A stretch of 62,717 nt of DNA, counting the filler, from Basidiobolus ranarum (lineage: Eukaryota), in NCBI GenBank assembly GCA_040143965.1. It is 37 parts of 37 records of this genome, joined end to end, with 100 filler letters (N's around TTAATTAATTAA, not from the genome) between each part and the next. Parts side by side here need not be neighbours in the genome. Positions count along the whole stretch, not along the records: positions 11,920 to 13,520 come from JASJQH010004741.1; positions 13,621 to 15,221 come from JASJQH010004742.1; positions 15,322 to 16,922 come from JASJQH010004743.1; positions 17,023 to 18,622 come from JASJQH010004744.1; positions 18,723 to 20,322 come from JASJQH010004745.1; positions 20,423 to 22,022 come from JASJQH010004746.1; positions 22,123 to 23,721 come from JASJQH010004747.1; positions 23,822 to 25,420 come from JASJQH010004748.1; 29 more parts are not named here. The stretch is one strand, 5' to 3'. Below the pieces are notes generated by a model. The model saw only the letters and a program-made list of their open reading frames with translations. It was not told the origin of the DNA and did no database searches. Each line of letters starts with the position of its first letter. Within the stretch, counting starts at the first letter, position 1. The translations under genes and the position numbers were made by a program. Positions 12,202 to 24,940 of the stretch are shown here, piece after piece.

Positions 12202-13520
12202 GAGTTTTGATCTATCTGCATTCCAAGACAATATGCTAGTGATCCAAGATCTTGCATTTCAAACTCAGTAGATAGCCAGGTCTTAGTTTTTTCATCAGAT
12301 TTGAGCAATTATTAACTATTATGAAATCATCAACAGAGAGAGCTGTTATGACTTTAGTGGCTTTTATAGTCTTGAAGTATATGCAGTGATCAGCTTTGCT
12401 ATGATGGAAAAGATGTTTCATGAAGATCTGATTGATTTTGGTATTCCATGTGCAAGGAGCCTGTTTCAGACCATATAGACTTCTCTGTAGCTTGAATACT
12501 TGAAGTTCTTTTCCTTTTTATCCATGTATATATCTTCAACAATTTCTCCAATAAGAAATGTTGTCTTGACATCCATTTGTTCAATCAGCAATCTTTGGTA
12601 GGTAGCAATAGCTAAGATTCCTCTGATTGAGGTAAGCTTAGCTATGGGAGAAAATGTTGCATCATAGTCAATACCATGTTTCTGAGCATAGCCATTTACT
12701 ACTAATCTAGCTCTGTACAGGTTGATAGATCCATCTGAGTTAAGTTTCAGTTTCAGCAACCTTCTATTACCAATTGTTTTTCTTTCAGTAGGTAAGTCCA
12801 CAAGGATCCATGTGTCATTCTTGATTAGGGAGTGAATTTCAGCATCAGTTGCTTTTCTGCATTCTGTCACTTCATCAGATTTCAGAGCTTGTGTCAAATT
12901 TTCTGGCTCAGAAAATGCTATATGTGCAGATATATTCAATCCTGTTTCTAAATTGAATCAGTTGATTTTATGCTCTGATTTGATTCATCCAAAGTCCTTA
13001 GTAGAATAGTCATATGTTTCACTTATAGGATGTTTCTTATTTACACTAAAAAGGATTTATGAGACCTGATTGCCTGAATTTTGTGATTGATTGAATACTT
13101 CCAATATTTGATTGCATCCAATATCAGCCAAATTAAGAGTAGGCTATTTCTTAGATATATGATTGGTCAGAATACTATTGCCTTGTTTCTGCACCCAACT
13201 TCATGACTCCTGATTTGCTGGGAAAATGTCATTTTTCTGATTACCATATTTTTCATTGGCAGACATAACATGCTGATCTCCAGAAGCTGGTTCCAAATCA
13301 TCAATACCCTCAGAGTAATTATCAGGTTTTCTGATATAAATTGGTGCATTTCCAGTGCTGCCTAATGTTTCACTACTTGTAGAGCTGCTTGATTCCAGAA
13401 TATCCTAAAATCGTTTGTTCTCCTTGGTTTCAGAGCTTGTAGTGAAGTTTGAGACAGGATAATTGCTTGTTGGTATTCTGCTAGGAATATTCACCACTAG
13501 AATTGGTAATGATTTAAGCA
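12202..13520 (-). mobile_element. Copia pol fragment (reverse transcriptase, RVT_2 type)
   Basis: EIHSLIKNDTWILVDLP..YRARLVVNGYAQKHGIDYDATFSPIAK..QMDVKTTFL.G..SVDD; same family as 40951-42400 and 44197-45791. Confidence 0.92.
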
Positions 13521-13620
13521 NNNNNNNNNNNNNNNNNNNNNNNNNNNNNNNNNNNNNNNNNNNNTTAATTAATTAANNNNNNNNNNNNNNNNNNNNNNNN
13601 NNNNNNNNNNNNNNNNNNNN

Positions 13621-14202
13621 ATGCCTCGCAACCCAAAGCCTTTTGTAATGGTGTCTCTATGGATGTGTTCCCCTAACCCAAATGATGTTTCCTTCCAAAT
13701 CTACCAAAGCCTGGAACTTTAGACTGTGGGCTTTGTACTTGCCAGAATTGAATAGCTTTTAGTTGCTTTTAGGCCTGTCAATTCTGATAGGAAATGTGTC
13801 AAGAACATCTCTGATATGAACTCTATTTGGAAATACTCCAGGAAATAGAAGGAAATTAGAGTCTCTGAATCTTTTGGCCCAGGCACCTTCAACATCATTC
13901 ATCATTGAAGTGAGATAATTCTCACTTAGTTGAAGCTTGGTATGGCAGCTTCTCCTACTTTTACCACCATTAATAGTGCACTGAAATTTGATTGAACAAT
14001 AGTGTTTGTAGCAACAAAACAGATTAGCTAACTGCTTTCTGGTAGGTATTGGAGTATAAGAGCCACAGTATTTCTCAAATATAGCTTCCAGAGTGGTGAA
14101 AGGAAAGCCAGTAGTTGCTTTCAGATTAATCAGGAATGACCATTTCAAGCAAATGGAGAGCATGATAGTAATCTTGTATTCAGCTGGCACAATACTAATC
14201 AA
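13621..14202 (-). mobile_element. PIF/Harbinger-ISL2EU-type DDE transposase, N-terminal part
   Basis: LDTFPIRIDRPKSN*KLFNSGKYKAHS.KFQALVDLEG; overlaps the copy at 17023. Confidence 0.8.
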
Positions 14203-14519
14203 TCTGGCTTGAGTGAGATACTAATCTGAGAATTTCTATCCTTGTGGTAAAATTCACTACATTCTGTATAATAAAGTTTACGTTTCTGTAAATTATCCTA
14301 ATCAATTCAATTTTATGTAATTGCATGGAAATGATACAATAGACTGCATCAGCAAAGTTAATCATAGTTTGATCCAAATCAATTTATTATGCATACATAT
14401 CAAAACAGCTAAATGTGGAATGCATTATTATTAATCACACTGTAAGAAATTAACTTTGCCATTTTAACCAGTAATATACAAAGATCCCTAATTCTGATTA
14501 AAACCAAGAAATTCTAACA

Positions 14520-15221
14520 TTGTATATATATGGTAGTTATAGTTCATTTCAAAACAGATTTTTCAGATTCACAACCTACTTTGGTACAAGAACCACCTCT
14601 TCCAAAATTTTGAACACACAGTTAAATGAAGGTGCAGGTGGTGCAAAGCAGCATGCACCTAATGATCTTACAGATACCCAGGTATCCACTATGAGCTTTT
14701 GCTTGATATCTGGGAGTTATTGATAAACCTGACAGAAGCTGGGCAAGGGGGCATTAGACAAAAGTGGAAGCAACTTTTGACTCTGCTTTGGAGAGAATAC
14801 TATAGCTTCATGCCTTCAGAAGTCTGCAAGAAAATTTGCAATAAAACTCATAAGGTTAGAGTGTTTGCATTGAGACATGGGAATTTTGCTTTTGAGTCAG
14901 CAAGGACACAATTTTATATGCATTTTTGCTGGAATGCACTGGAAGCAACCCTTGTGGCCTCAACTTCAGAGACAAAAGATTTTCTAAACAGACACCTACC
15001 ACTACTCACTGAGATTTTGCAGCAACTGTTGATGGATGTTGCATAATTCAAAACAACATTTCAGGACACTATGGCATGAGTAATCAACAGAGGTGTAAAG
15101 AGAGAACCAAGACAATGTATTTAATCATAAAATATTCCCAAAGGCACACTGGAGCAGTCCTGGCTGTTGCACAGATGTACTAGATCACTCCAAACCAGAG
15201 ACTCCTGCCAAGGCATATATA
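14520..15221 (+). mobile_element. Decayed ORF divergent from the Harbinger-type transposase; probable accessory gene of the element
   Basis: CpG-free like the transposase; ORFs 14520-14723 and 14699-15046; no domain recognised. Confidence 0.4.
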
Positions 15222-15321
15222 NNNNNNNNNNNNNNNNNNNNNNNNNNNNNNNNNNNNNNNNNNNNTTAATTAATTAANNNNNNNNNNNNNNNNNNNNNNN
15301 NNNNNNNNNNNNNNNNNNNNN

Positions 15322-16673
15322 ATTTCTGGACAATAAACAATTATCTCACAAAGCTATTCACAACTCCACTTTTCTAAAGTTCCTCCAAACAGCCCATATT
15401 TTCCCAATATTTCCAACAGGCTCCCTTATGTTGTTACAGATTATAAGGCCCAAGCCTACACTCTGAAAAATCTCTACTTCTCAAATTTCTGGAACTTTTC
15501 CCTCTTTTGAAAATTGATGGAACCAATTATCAAGTTTGGAAAATTAAAATGAAAGTGATGTTTCAGGAAAAAGGACTTTGGGACACTGCTGTAGGGGAGA
15601 ATGAAATGCAAAACTATCTGAAATCAAAGTTTTAGTCCAGGTTAAGAAAGAGCAAAGTGCCTCTAACACTATGTGTCTTATAATGTTAAAGATAAATAGC
15701 TCATTCAATTTTCAAGAGCCAAAGCTGCCAAACAGGTATAGAAAGCCCAGGAAGATATCTACCAAACATCTTCTGCTGCCAATAAGATATTGCTAAAAAC
15801 ATAATTCTTTAACTTAAAGATGAGGCTAGGAGAAGGTTTGAACTCACTGATTACAAGAGTCACTATACAAGTGCATAATATGGAATGCATCAGAGTATCC
15901 ACTGCTGATCAGGATATCATAGTTACAGCTCTGAATAGACTGCCACATGAGTTTCAGAGCATAGTAATGGCTCTAGAATCAAGAACAGAGAATTTGACCT
16001 TAAATTTTGTATTTGGCAGACTTCTGGAAGAAGATTTGTGTAAATCAGGATCCAGCCAAAAGATTGAAGAATGTACTTCAATGAGTGGTGGGAAACCTGC
16101 CTACAAAGGTCAAAAGAACTTTAAGAAGAAAAGTACCACATTCTGTGATTACTGTAAAAGAACTGGCTATTGAAGCAAAGGTTGCCTTAAAAGAAATGTA
16201 AAAGAAGAAAAATATACAAATATGGAAATGAGATTACAGCAGAAGATCACTACTTTGTATATGCTCTATCTATGACCACCACCAAAGATTCTCAGATGGG
16301 ATACATTGATTCTGGAGCCTTCCAACATTTCACAAATGCAAAACATTGGTTTGTGGATTATGAAGAAACCCCAGTTAGAAAAGTTTTCATGGGAGAAGAG
16401 TGTACATTGGATGCCATTGGAATGGGAACAACTAAAGTCAATTTAACTGCTGCTTCCAAAGAGAAAGTGTATACTTTTAACAATATACTCTATGTTCCAG
16501 ATATTGACAAGAATCTAATATCTGTATGCAAGGCCATCTCAGCAGAGCTAAAATCAATTTTGATCGGTCTGGATATACCATTACTGATCAAAATATGAAT
16601 TATTTAGCTTTGGGAGAAAAGGTTCGGATCTTACAAGAACTTGCATATAATCCATGAGGTTTGTGTGTAATAT
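15322..16673 (+). mobile_element. Copia element 5' part: LTR-B 3' end, PBS (15439-15454), gag, zinc knuckle, protease
   Basis: PBS GATTATAAGGCCCAAG resembles GGTTATGGGCCCAG; DGTNYQVWKIKMK..GLWD gag start; CDYCKRTG knuckle; YIDSGAFQHFT protease; LYVPDI.KNLISV. Confidence 0.9.
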
Positions 16674-16799
16674 TGTTAAAGTATTTGGGAGCCTGTTAGA
16701 AGTGGTTTGGAGATTTAGAGAAATTGATGGTTTTCACTTGTTGATTTATTGAATAGAAAGTTGACATTTATAGTTTGGACAAGGTATAGACAAACTAAT
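16674..16799 (-). mobile_element. LTR family C fragment
   Basis: TGTTAAAGTATTTGGGAGCCTG.., reverse complement of the end of 19868-20215; interrupted by LTR-B. Confidence 0.8.
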
Positions 16800-16922
16800 T
16801 GTTGAAGTTTATTATCTTTATCATATTTGTTATCTCTATCTTTATACACCTAACTATTTCATATATCACATATAAGTTAGTTAACATTACTTAGTCAAAT
16901 ATCACTTAGCTGAAAATTGGAA
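16800..16922 (+). mobile_element. LTR-B 5' part inserted in LTR-C
   Basis: TGTTGAAGTTTATTATC.., same start as 46327. Confidence 0.8.
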
Positions 16923-17022
16923 NNNNNNNNNNNNNNNNNNNNNNNNNNNNNNNNNNNNNNNNNNNNTTAATTAATTAANNNNNNNNNNNNNNNNNNNNNN
17001 NNNNNNNNNNNNNNNNNNNNNN

Positions 17023-17757
17023 CCAATAGAGTTCATATCAGAAGTATTCTTGACACATTTCCAGTCAGAATTAACAGGCCCAAAAGCAACCAAAAGCTAT
17101 TCTATTCTGGCAAGTACAAAGCCCACTGTGTAAAGTTCCAGGCTTTGACAGATTTGGAAGGAAACATCATTTGGTTTAGTGGGCCACATCCAGGGAGACA
17201 CCATGACAAAAGGCTTTGGGTTGAGAGGCATGCACCATTTGTAAGATATGAGAAGACTATGGCTGATTTGGCATATGTTGGGGAAGAATGCAGAAGGCTA
17301 GGATGTGTCACAGCTAACAAGTGGCCCAGAGGAGGGATACTCACAGAGAGGCAATAGCTTTATGATGGCATTTTTTCCCATTTTAGAGCAAGAGTAGAGG
17401 ATAGCTTTGTTTTCCTAAAGAGATATAACATTGTAGCAGGAAAGTATAAAGGAAAATCATTTTGTGGGCCTTAATCAAAGTTAGCAAAAGTAGTCAAAAT
17501 CTTGATAACTCTCAATACATTCATTCTCCAAGATATCCACTGAGGGCTCTAGACTTAAGACATTATGAATAAATCTTTCATCATCTTTTGAATGTGCAAT
17601 AATGTCTAAAAGTACTTTTCCTAAATATACCACATAAGTAAAACTACTGTTTCTGAAATGGTAAATAACATCAAGCTGGATAGTTCCCTATTATGCCAAT
17701 TTGTGCTGGCACACTTTTTAGCTGGTCTGATCTAGCTCAATAAAATGGAACAAGTCT
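17023..17757 (+). mobile_element. PIF/Harbinger-ISL2EU-type transposase core and 3' terminus
   Basis: DTFP.RI.RP..FYSGKYKAHCVKFQ..DLEG..GRHHD..ADLAYVG..RARVE (DDE_Tnp_4-like); ends AATGGAACAAGTCT. Confidence 0.85.
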
Positions 17758-18622
17758 ATTATTTAGTAGTTAGCTTATTCATATTCTGATTACTTGGCAT
17801 TCAATTCTGCTACTCTAAAACATGTGCCATTGCTCGAATTGATAGAAATAGCAATTAGAAAACTTTTACCAACCTTCACTACTTTCCAAAAACTTCTCCA
17901 ATTCATCTCAACTTTTTACCCATGCTTTACAGGCACATTTTTTATGATCCAAGTGTGTCCAATGGCTATATTTCATAGCAAACTATTATCAGGAAATTTC
18001 CAACTCAACAAAACTTAAGTGCCTGATTCAAAAATCCAAATCCTATTAAAACAATTCAAAATCCTCAAAATACTTTTGTCTGGGTACAATCCTTGAGCTA
18101 GCTCTTAAAGAAGTGCCTACCAGTACTGTTACTAACATTTTTGCATTGTCAGAGAAATTTGATTGCAAGGATTTGCACCCCTGGAAGCACAAGATGCCAA
18201 TGGTGCTAGAAGACCAAGACCTTTGGTGATTTGTTACCACAGAAGAAATACAGCCAAAGGACCACAAGAATCTCACTTTGCCTGCTGCAAGAAGCAGAGG
18301 AAAACATGAACTACACTTTGTCCACAACTCAGAAACTCCCAATTAAGGCACTCACACTGGGCCAATACATTCAAAATGCTTGGAAAACACATCAGAGAAT
18401 CTATGAGACTAAACTTATGGACAAAATTCAGCTACACCATCTGCAAAATTGGATGATGAACTCTATGAGCCAAATATAGCCAAAAATCAACTCTCAGTAA
18501 GCCAAGCAACAACCAAAGGCCTAAATATCATGTTCAGCAAAGCTGAGAAATGTCTTTTTTTGGGATATTGTGATGGAACAAAAGGGTACAGGCTATATGA
18601 CACTGAAAATAAGAGGCTAATC
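17758..18622 (+). mobile_element. Internally deleted Copia relic (gag joined to integrase C-terminal region)
   Basis: EKFDCKDLHPWKHKM.MVLEDQDLW gag start; KAEKCLFLGYCDGTKGYRLYD about 350 bp later. Confidence 0.7.
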
Positions 18623-18722
18623 NNNNNNNNNNNNNNNNNNNNNNNNNNNNNNNNNNNNNNNNNNNNTTAATTAATTAANNNNNNNNNNNNNNNNNNNNNN
18701 NNNNNNNNNNNNNNNNNNNNNN

Positions 18723-19108
18723 TGCTGTAGGAGAAGAAAACAACCATAATGGAAGCTTGCAAGGGTTGTATATATGTACAACCACCCAGACTACTATTCA
18801 AGAGCTCTGGTTCAATCAAATGTGTCAAATAATTAGATCTGATTCATTTGGATCTGAGTGAGCCTATGTGACCTTTATCCTTAGGCAAAAAAGATATTTC
18901 ATCACATTTATTGATGATTATACAAGAAACATTTGGGTCTACTGTATGGAAAGAACAGAAGAGGCTTTTTTATCTTTAGAGACTTTAGAACTCTTATTAA
19001 GACTCAAACTGGAGCCATAATCAAGAAACTACATGCTGATAATAGTGGAAAATGAATTTCAACACTTTTTGACCAATTTTGGGAAGTTCATGGAATTAAG
19101 CAAGAGAC
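18723..19108 (+). mobile_element. Copia integrase core fragment
   Basis: LIHLDLSEPM..YFITFIDDYTR..IKKLHADNSG. Confidence 0.88.
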
Positions 19109-19227
19109 TGTTAAAGTATTTAGCAGCCAGTTGGAAGCAGCTTGGTGAATTAGAGGATTTGGTGGTTCTCACTTATTGATTTATTGATTAGAAGGTTGAC
19201 ATCTATAGTTTTGTCAAGAGGTGTTTA
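19109..19227 (-). mobile_element. LTR family C fragment inserted in Copia integrase
   Basis: TGTTAAAGTATTT.. homologous to 16674 and to the 20215 end. Confidence 0.75.
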
Positions 19228-20322
19228 CCCTAACAGAAATTTGAGGATTGTTATTGTAGGAAAACCATCACAATTTTAATCCATTTGAGATTGACCATTT
19301 ACTTACCATCATAAAATTGTCAGTTAGATTTGAGTTTAATCAATTTTTTCAGTTTCAGGAGTGAAATTTCAAGATCTTGCAAAATAGTTGTGCATGATTG
19401 GCTACAATCTCAGAGAACTATGGATCAATACATGTGCAAAAGATGTAACTCAAATTTTACACAATTACCACTTGATGCTAATTTGTCACTTTTGAAATCC
19501 CTAGTCTCTTTGATATATTCTCCTGAATATTTTTATAGAGTTCTTCATACCCAAGGTTTAGCTCATACCCAACACAAGTTTCTATCAATATCTCCATCAA
19601 AGCCCACCATTGTATTAATGTTGCTTAATCAACATTCTGCCAGCTATCTGATGGATACCCTGCAATATTGTGCCACTCTGTATTAAGTTCTTCCCAGATA
19701 TCTGCATGGTCAACACCAGACTGAATGTCAAGTTGAATGTTCTTCTTCTGAAGCCACTCTCTGCACACTTGCACTGTATTTGTCCCTTCATACTTTTAAA
19801 AACACTCCTCAAGCACTTTGACTATTTTTGTACATCCTTGTAGTGTGACACTACTCAGGGTGCTTTGTGTTGAAATTAGCATTGCCTAAACACCTATATA
19901 GTCATATATAGCTTAGTCCTGAGTTATCTTATATTTCACTAAGATATTACCAATTATTCTCAATTGGAATTTACTTAGAATATTTTTACCAACTTAGAAG
20001 TTCTCAGATATATAGATTTTTCAAACTTGTGCTAGAAGCCCCAAACTTTGCATACATGTTCCTGGGACCTTTCTTGACATATTCTACATATTGGTTTGTT
20101 TACATCTTGACAAAACTACAAATGTCAACTTTCTACTCAATAAATCAATAAGTGAAAACCACAAATTCCTCTAATTCTCCAAACCACTTCCAACAGGCTC
20201 CCAAATACTTTAACACTTTGCAGTGTTTGTGTGACTTTTTGCTTGCATATAACTTCGGGCTAATTTCAACAGTCTGAGAAGTACCAGCTGAGGTTGGAGA
20301 GCTGTGAGTTTTATTTGCTGGT
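19228..20322 (+). mobile_element. CACTA family A left arm (interrupted by solo LTR-C)
   Basis: Begins CCCTAACAGAAATTTGAGG; accessory ORF remnants on - strand. Confidence 0.85.
19868..20215 (+). mobile_element. Solo LTR family C (348 bp) with 5-bp TSD
   Basis: TGTTGAAA...TTTAACA flanked by CTTTG (19863-19867 and 20216-20220); the CACTA sequence rejoins when it is removed. Confidence 0.9.
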
Positions 20323-20422
20323 NNNNNNNNNNNNNNNNNNNNNNNNNNNNNNNNNNNNNNNNNNNNTTAATTAATTAANNNNNNNNNNNNNNNNNNNNNN
20401 NNNNNNNNNNNNNNNNNNNNNN

Positions 20423-22022
20423 GGCTTTGGCTTGGAAGCCAATTTTGACTTAGATTTTGAGTGCTTTTTGAATGGCATTGAAATTTTCAGATGGAAAACT
20501 TGGCATAAAGAAATTGCTTTGAAACAGCTTATAATAAACCAAATTGCCATCCATGAACAGAAACATCTTGTAAATCCCCTGATGACTCATCATTGACACC
20601 ATCCCAGAAGCAGCTGATGATATTGTTGGTCTATACCTGTAATACCACCCTTACATAGGAGGTGTTCTTTTCTCCACAATATCCTTCTCATACTGCATCA
20701 CAAGCATTTAAAGAAGCCCTGCTATTATTGCCACAAATTCTTGTTCTATGAAAGCCAGAGGTTTCATAGAAAAATAATCACAAGCATGGTCACTGTACAA
20801 AGCCACCTACTGGCAATGCCTGGTGAATAACAACAGTAATAAGTGCACAAAATTGACTTCAGTTTTGCCTACCAAGTCCACTAAGTGTACTTTGCCTCAA
20901 AGTTTTGGTAAAACTGCCAAAAGTCAAGATACCATGGAGTTACCACAGCTACATGACCAGAATGATGTAGATAGAAATGCAACTTTGGTCGAACCAGTAA
21001 GTGCTGACAACTCTGCAGTCATGCTGCTAGATGTTGACCTTAGTTATTCCAGCACTGATGGTAGTATATCAGAAGTTGAAGAAGTAGATGATGCTTTTGT
21101 TACCTACTCCTTGTTATCAGCAAGCATTAGTCTACTCCAAACACTTTTAGTAAAGGAAGCAGCTTTGTGTATTGAGGAGTGGAGAGTTCAATCCAATCTG
21201 AGCAACCAGGTGTCTATTGGTTTTCTTACACTTTTACCACAGTTGATTGGCAACTATTGCTTGCCTCAGACATGGTACAAGTGGAAAACACTTGTCAATT
21301 GTATGACTAATAATTCTTCAATTATTAAACTAACTTCATGTCCAAATGGTTGTTTAGCTTTCATCAGTCATCTGAAAAACCCAAAGTCATATACTGTTTG
21401 CACACAATTGGTAATCACTGAATCAGGTAAATATTGCTCATATTTGGCTTACATACTGTTGATTCCCTGTCTTAAAGTTTTGATGAAATCATCCAAATAT
21501 AGATCATTGATCCAATATCAAAGTACTCACTGTAAAGCTGATAGTATTACCAATATACTTGATGTATATAACTACCACAATCTCAAAAGTCAAGGTTTCT
21601 TTACAAACATGTATGATCATGCATTTGCAGTGGCTCTGGATGGTTTCTTGCTAAACAAATATACTGTTGGAAAGGCTTGCTGGCAAATAATATTAATTAC
21701 CTTAAATCTTCCTCCTTCTGAAGGGTATAGTAGTGTAATATTTTAATACTAACCATTATATCTTGACCAAAATCACCAGTGCTTATAGACAGCTTCTTGG
21801 AGCCTCCAATTGGGGAATTTGAACAATTATCTAATAGGGTTCAGATGGATGAATATTTTATTAAACCTAATATGATTGTATGTTTTGGTGACACTCCTGC
21901 CATCAGTAAACTTGGAGGTTTTTGTGGGCTCAATGCACTATCTTGCTGTAGATTTTGTCAAATCAATGGAGTCTACTCAATCAGGCATATGCATTACTAC
22001 TATCAATATACAAACTAATTTC
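20423..22022 (+). mobile_element. CACTA/EnSpm (Tnp2, Transposase_21-type) transposase, N-terminal to core, family A
   Basis: SCPNGCLAF, ALDGF, CW.IIL..LNLPP, DSFLEP, GDTPAISKLGGFCG.NA..CCRFC. Confidence 0.9.
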
Positions 22023-22122
22023 NNNNNNNNNNNNNNNNNNNNNNNNNNNNNNNNNNNNNNNNNNNNTTAATTAATTAANNNNNNNNNNNNNNNNNNNNNN
22101 NNNNNNNNNNNNNNNNNNNNNN

Positions 22123-23572
22123 AGATAAAAAAGGTAAAACCAAAAAAAAACTAATTTAAACACAACCACTATGGTCTTTAAAAAGGATTCACAAGTAGTG
22201 ATTTATAAAAGGATATTAAAAATTACATGGCAATTAAGAAAAAGCTAGGGAAAAAGATATAAAGTATCAGAAATATAATACCTACCTGTCAGTACTTCCT
22301 TTAAGCCAGTCAAGTCCTTTCTAGTCACACAGTAGCCTGTAACTGTCTCTAGTAGTCTCTCTTGAGCTTCCTGTTCAAAGGTCTTGTGAGTGGTGAAGAA
22401 AACACATGGCAATTGCAGTAGTGATTGAGGGTTAATAACCATTATGATTTTTATTTGAAAAGATATAGCACCTATTTAAACTTTTTTGTAAGTAGATACA
22501 ATTACTATTGACAATTTCTGGAAACTTCCAGAGAATTCTATTGGTGGGGATCTGGGATTATGATATCATCATTGATCATAAGATTGGTAATCCATGTAAT
22601 GTTCCAGTAGATTGTGGAATAATCCAGAAAGTCATGGAATTTTCTAGCAAGATCAAGTTTGGATTGGTCAAAATTCAATTAATCATCAACTATGCCAAGA
22701 GTTTGTGCAATGTTCTGGAAGATTGTGGAATTTTCCAGAAAATGATAGGGCTAATGTGGGTTAATACTGATAAATCTGAAAACAGAGGAGATAATACTAA
22801 TGTTGTGATATGATTGGCTAGAAATATGGGTAAATCAAATATGGATAATAAAATTGAAATTGTGCATTAATATTGATACAAGCTTTGAGTGGAAATCAGT
22901 CAACCTGCCAGCAGGTAGCAATGCTGCCCCACAATTATGGTTTTGTTACAGACTCTTGGTTTTCAGCAAACATTAGTCCACTCATAACACTTACTGTAAA
23001 GAAAGCAGCTTTAATTATTGAGGTGTGGAGAGTTCAATTCAATCTTTGCAACAGGGTTTTTTTTTGTTTTCTTACACTTTTACCACAGATGATTGACAAC
23101 TGTTGCTTGCCACAGACCAGGTACAAGTGGAAAACACATGTTGGTTATATGAACTCTAATCCTTCAGTAATTAAACTACCTTCATGTCCAAATGGTAGTT
23201 TGACTTTCACCAGTGATCTGAAAAACCTGAAGTCATGTACTGTTTGCACACAAATAGCAATCACTGAATCAGGTAAATATCATTTATATTTGGCTTACAT
23301 ATCTTTGATTCCCAGTCTTAAATTTTTGATGAAATCACCCAAATATGGATCATTGCTCATACACCAAAGTACTCACTGTAAAGCTGATGGCATTACCAAT
23401 ATACTTGATGGATATGAGTTTACCATCAAGAGCCCAGTCAGATTTCAACATGATCACTGATATCAAATCACAAAACAGTCAGTCTAACATCAAACTTTGT
23501 ATTAGACATAAGGCTAAGATTATACTACTAAAGGGGATCAGGTGGAACCAGAGCTTCCTATTAGGCACTATG
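22123..23572 (+). mobile_element. CACTA family A deletion derivative (accessory region fused to transposase)
   Basis: 22730-22935 matches 39460-39655, then jumps into the transposase at ~22938; second deletion at ~23415. Confidence 0.8.
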
Positions 23573-23721
23573 TGTCACAATAAGGAACTGGACAAGGACT
23601 GGGAACAACGACAAGAGGCTAGAAGGCAGGAGAGTACTTGGGTGTAGACCACAAGACAAGACAAGACAAGACTGGACAAGGAAGATACTTTGGCAAGAAT
23701 CTTTATTGATAACTGGCGTTG
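23573..23721 (-). mobile_element. LTR end of another (Gypsy-like) family inserted in CACTA
   Basis: Abrupt switch to TGTCAC.., ACAAG repeats, and AATAAA on the - strand. Confidence 0.55.
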
Positions 23722-23821
23722 NNNNNNNNNNNNNNNNNNNNNNNNNNNNNNNNNNNNNNNNNNNNTTAATTAATTAANNNNNNNNNNNNNNNNNNNNNNN
23801 NNNNNNNNNNNNNNNNNNNNN

Positions 23822-23917
23822 AATGCAAGCCAACGATATTGTGACGGTTCTCTGACGGTTTTGCTATTTCGGAGGGTGGATCCGATCCGGATCAAATCGA
23901 TTTTATTTTTGTTAGGG
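23822..23917 (+). mobile_element. CACTA family A right terminus with CpGs intact
   Basis: GTGACGGTTCTCTGACGG..GATCCGATCCGGATCAAATCGATTTTATTTTTGTTAGGG. Confidence 0.88.
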
Positions 23918-24940
23918 GGAAGAGGGATAGCCCAAGATTGCAGCAAGGAGAGACTTTGAGCTGAACCATTTTTAAGTTGAGAGAAAATATTGATATTCTA
24001 TGTGTGCATTCTGTTCACTGGTGTTTGTGGATGTGGGAACAAATGGTCTTGCAAAAACCTCCTGGAAAAAGAGAACCACACCATCCAGGGCAGATATACT
24101 ACGATCTCAAGAGTTAATAAGAATCTGTGAGTGTTGGAACTTTTGTGCATTCTTGAACAACATAATGGCTTTCTGTGCAGTAGACATTTGCTGAGAGGAG
24201 CAAGTAAATAGTTCTCAGCCTTTCTTGGTGTAGCTTTCACTCTAATGACTGAATATGTTCTAAGACAGTATTCACTAATTGCTACAAGTATGGAATAAAA
24301 TATTGTATAAGCTGCATCTACTTCTGCTGATATAGTTTTGATTGGACTGCTCCCATTGATGAAACTAGATGGCTCCAGACTGCTTGCAATGTGAAAGACT
24401 CAAACATGTAGTGTGAGCCCATCATGTTCTGAATCACTGGCTTATTCAATGGTCGTAGATACAGCTTTGTTGCACCAGAGTTTACTGTAGAGGTCAATAT
24501 CTTATCACCAAGATAAATCTCAGCCAGCATGCAGGCATTGTTGAAGAGATTATTTAGTGTATTATATTCAAATAACCATTTACCTTGCATATTGTTGCTT
24601 AGAAATATGTGATCTGGTGTGTTATGTTGGGGTGCTGGGACAAGGTGATTCAATCCCAGTTGCAAAGCAAAATGGTCAAATAAATCAATTTGATTTCTTG
24701 GGCCAATCCTTGTTGAGCCATGGGTGCTCCCAAAGTGAGTGTTGATATCTCCAGTCAATGCACTGATTGGAATAGAAGGCAAGTATTGAGCTGGTCTTGA
24801 ACAAGTCATAGTAGGAGGAAAGTAAACTGCCATGATACTGTTAGAAAGCAAAGTAATTGGTAGTGTGTAATCTGTGACCATGACTGTGTGTTGCGCACCA
24901 ACATACAAAGTTGTTAAACATATGCCATATCTATACAACT
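23918..24940 (-). mobile_element. Non-LTR (LINE) retrotransposon ORF2 fragment with APE-type endonuclease
   Basis: ORF 24318-24938: AVYFPP, GDIN and DHIF motifs in APE order. Confidence 0.65.
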
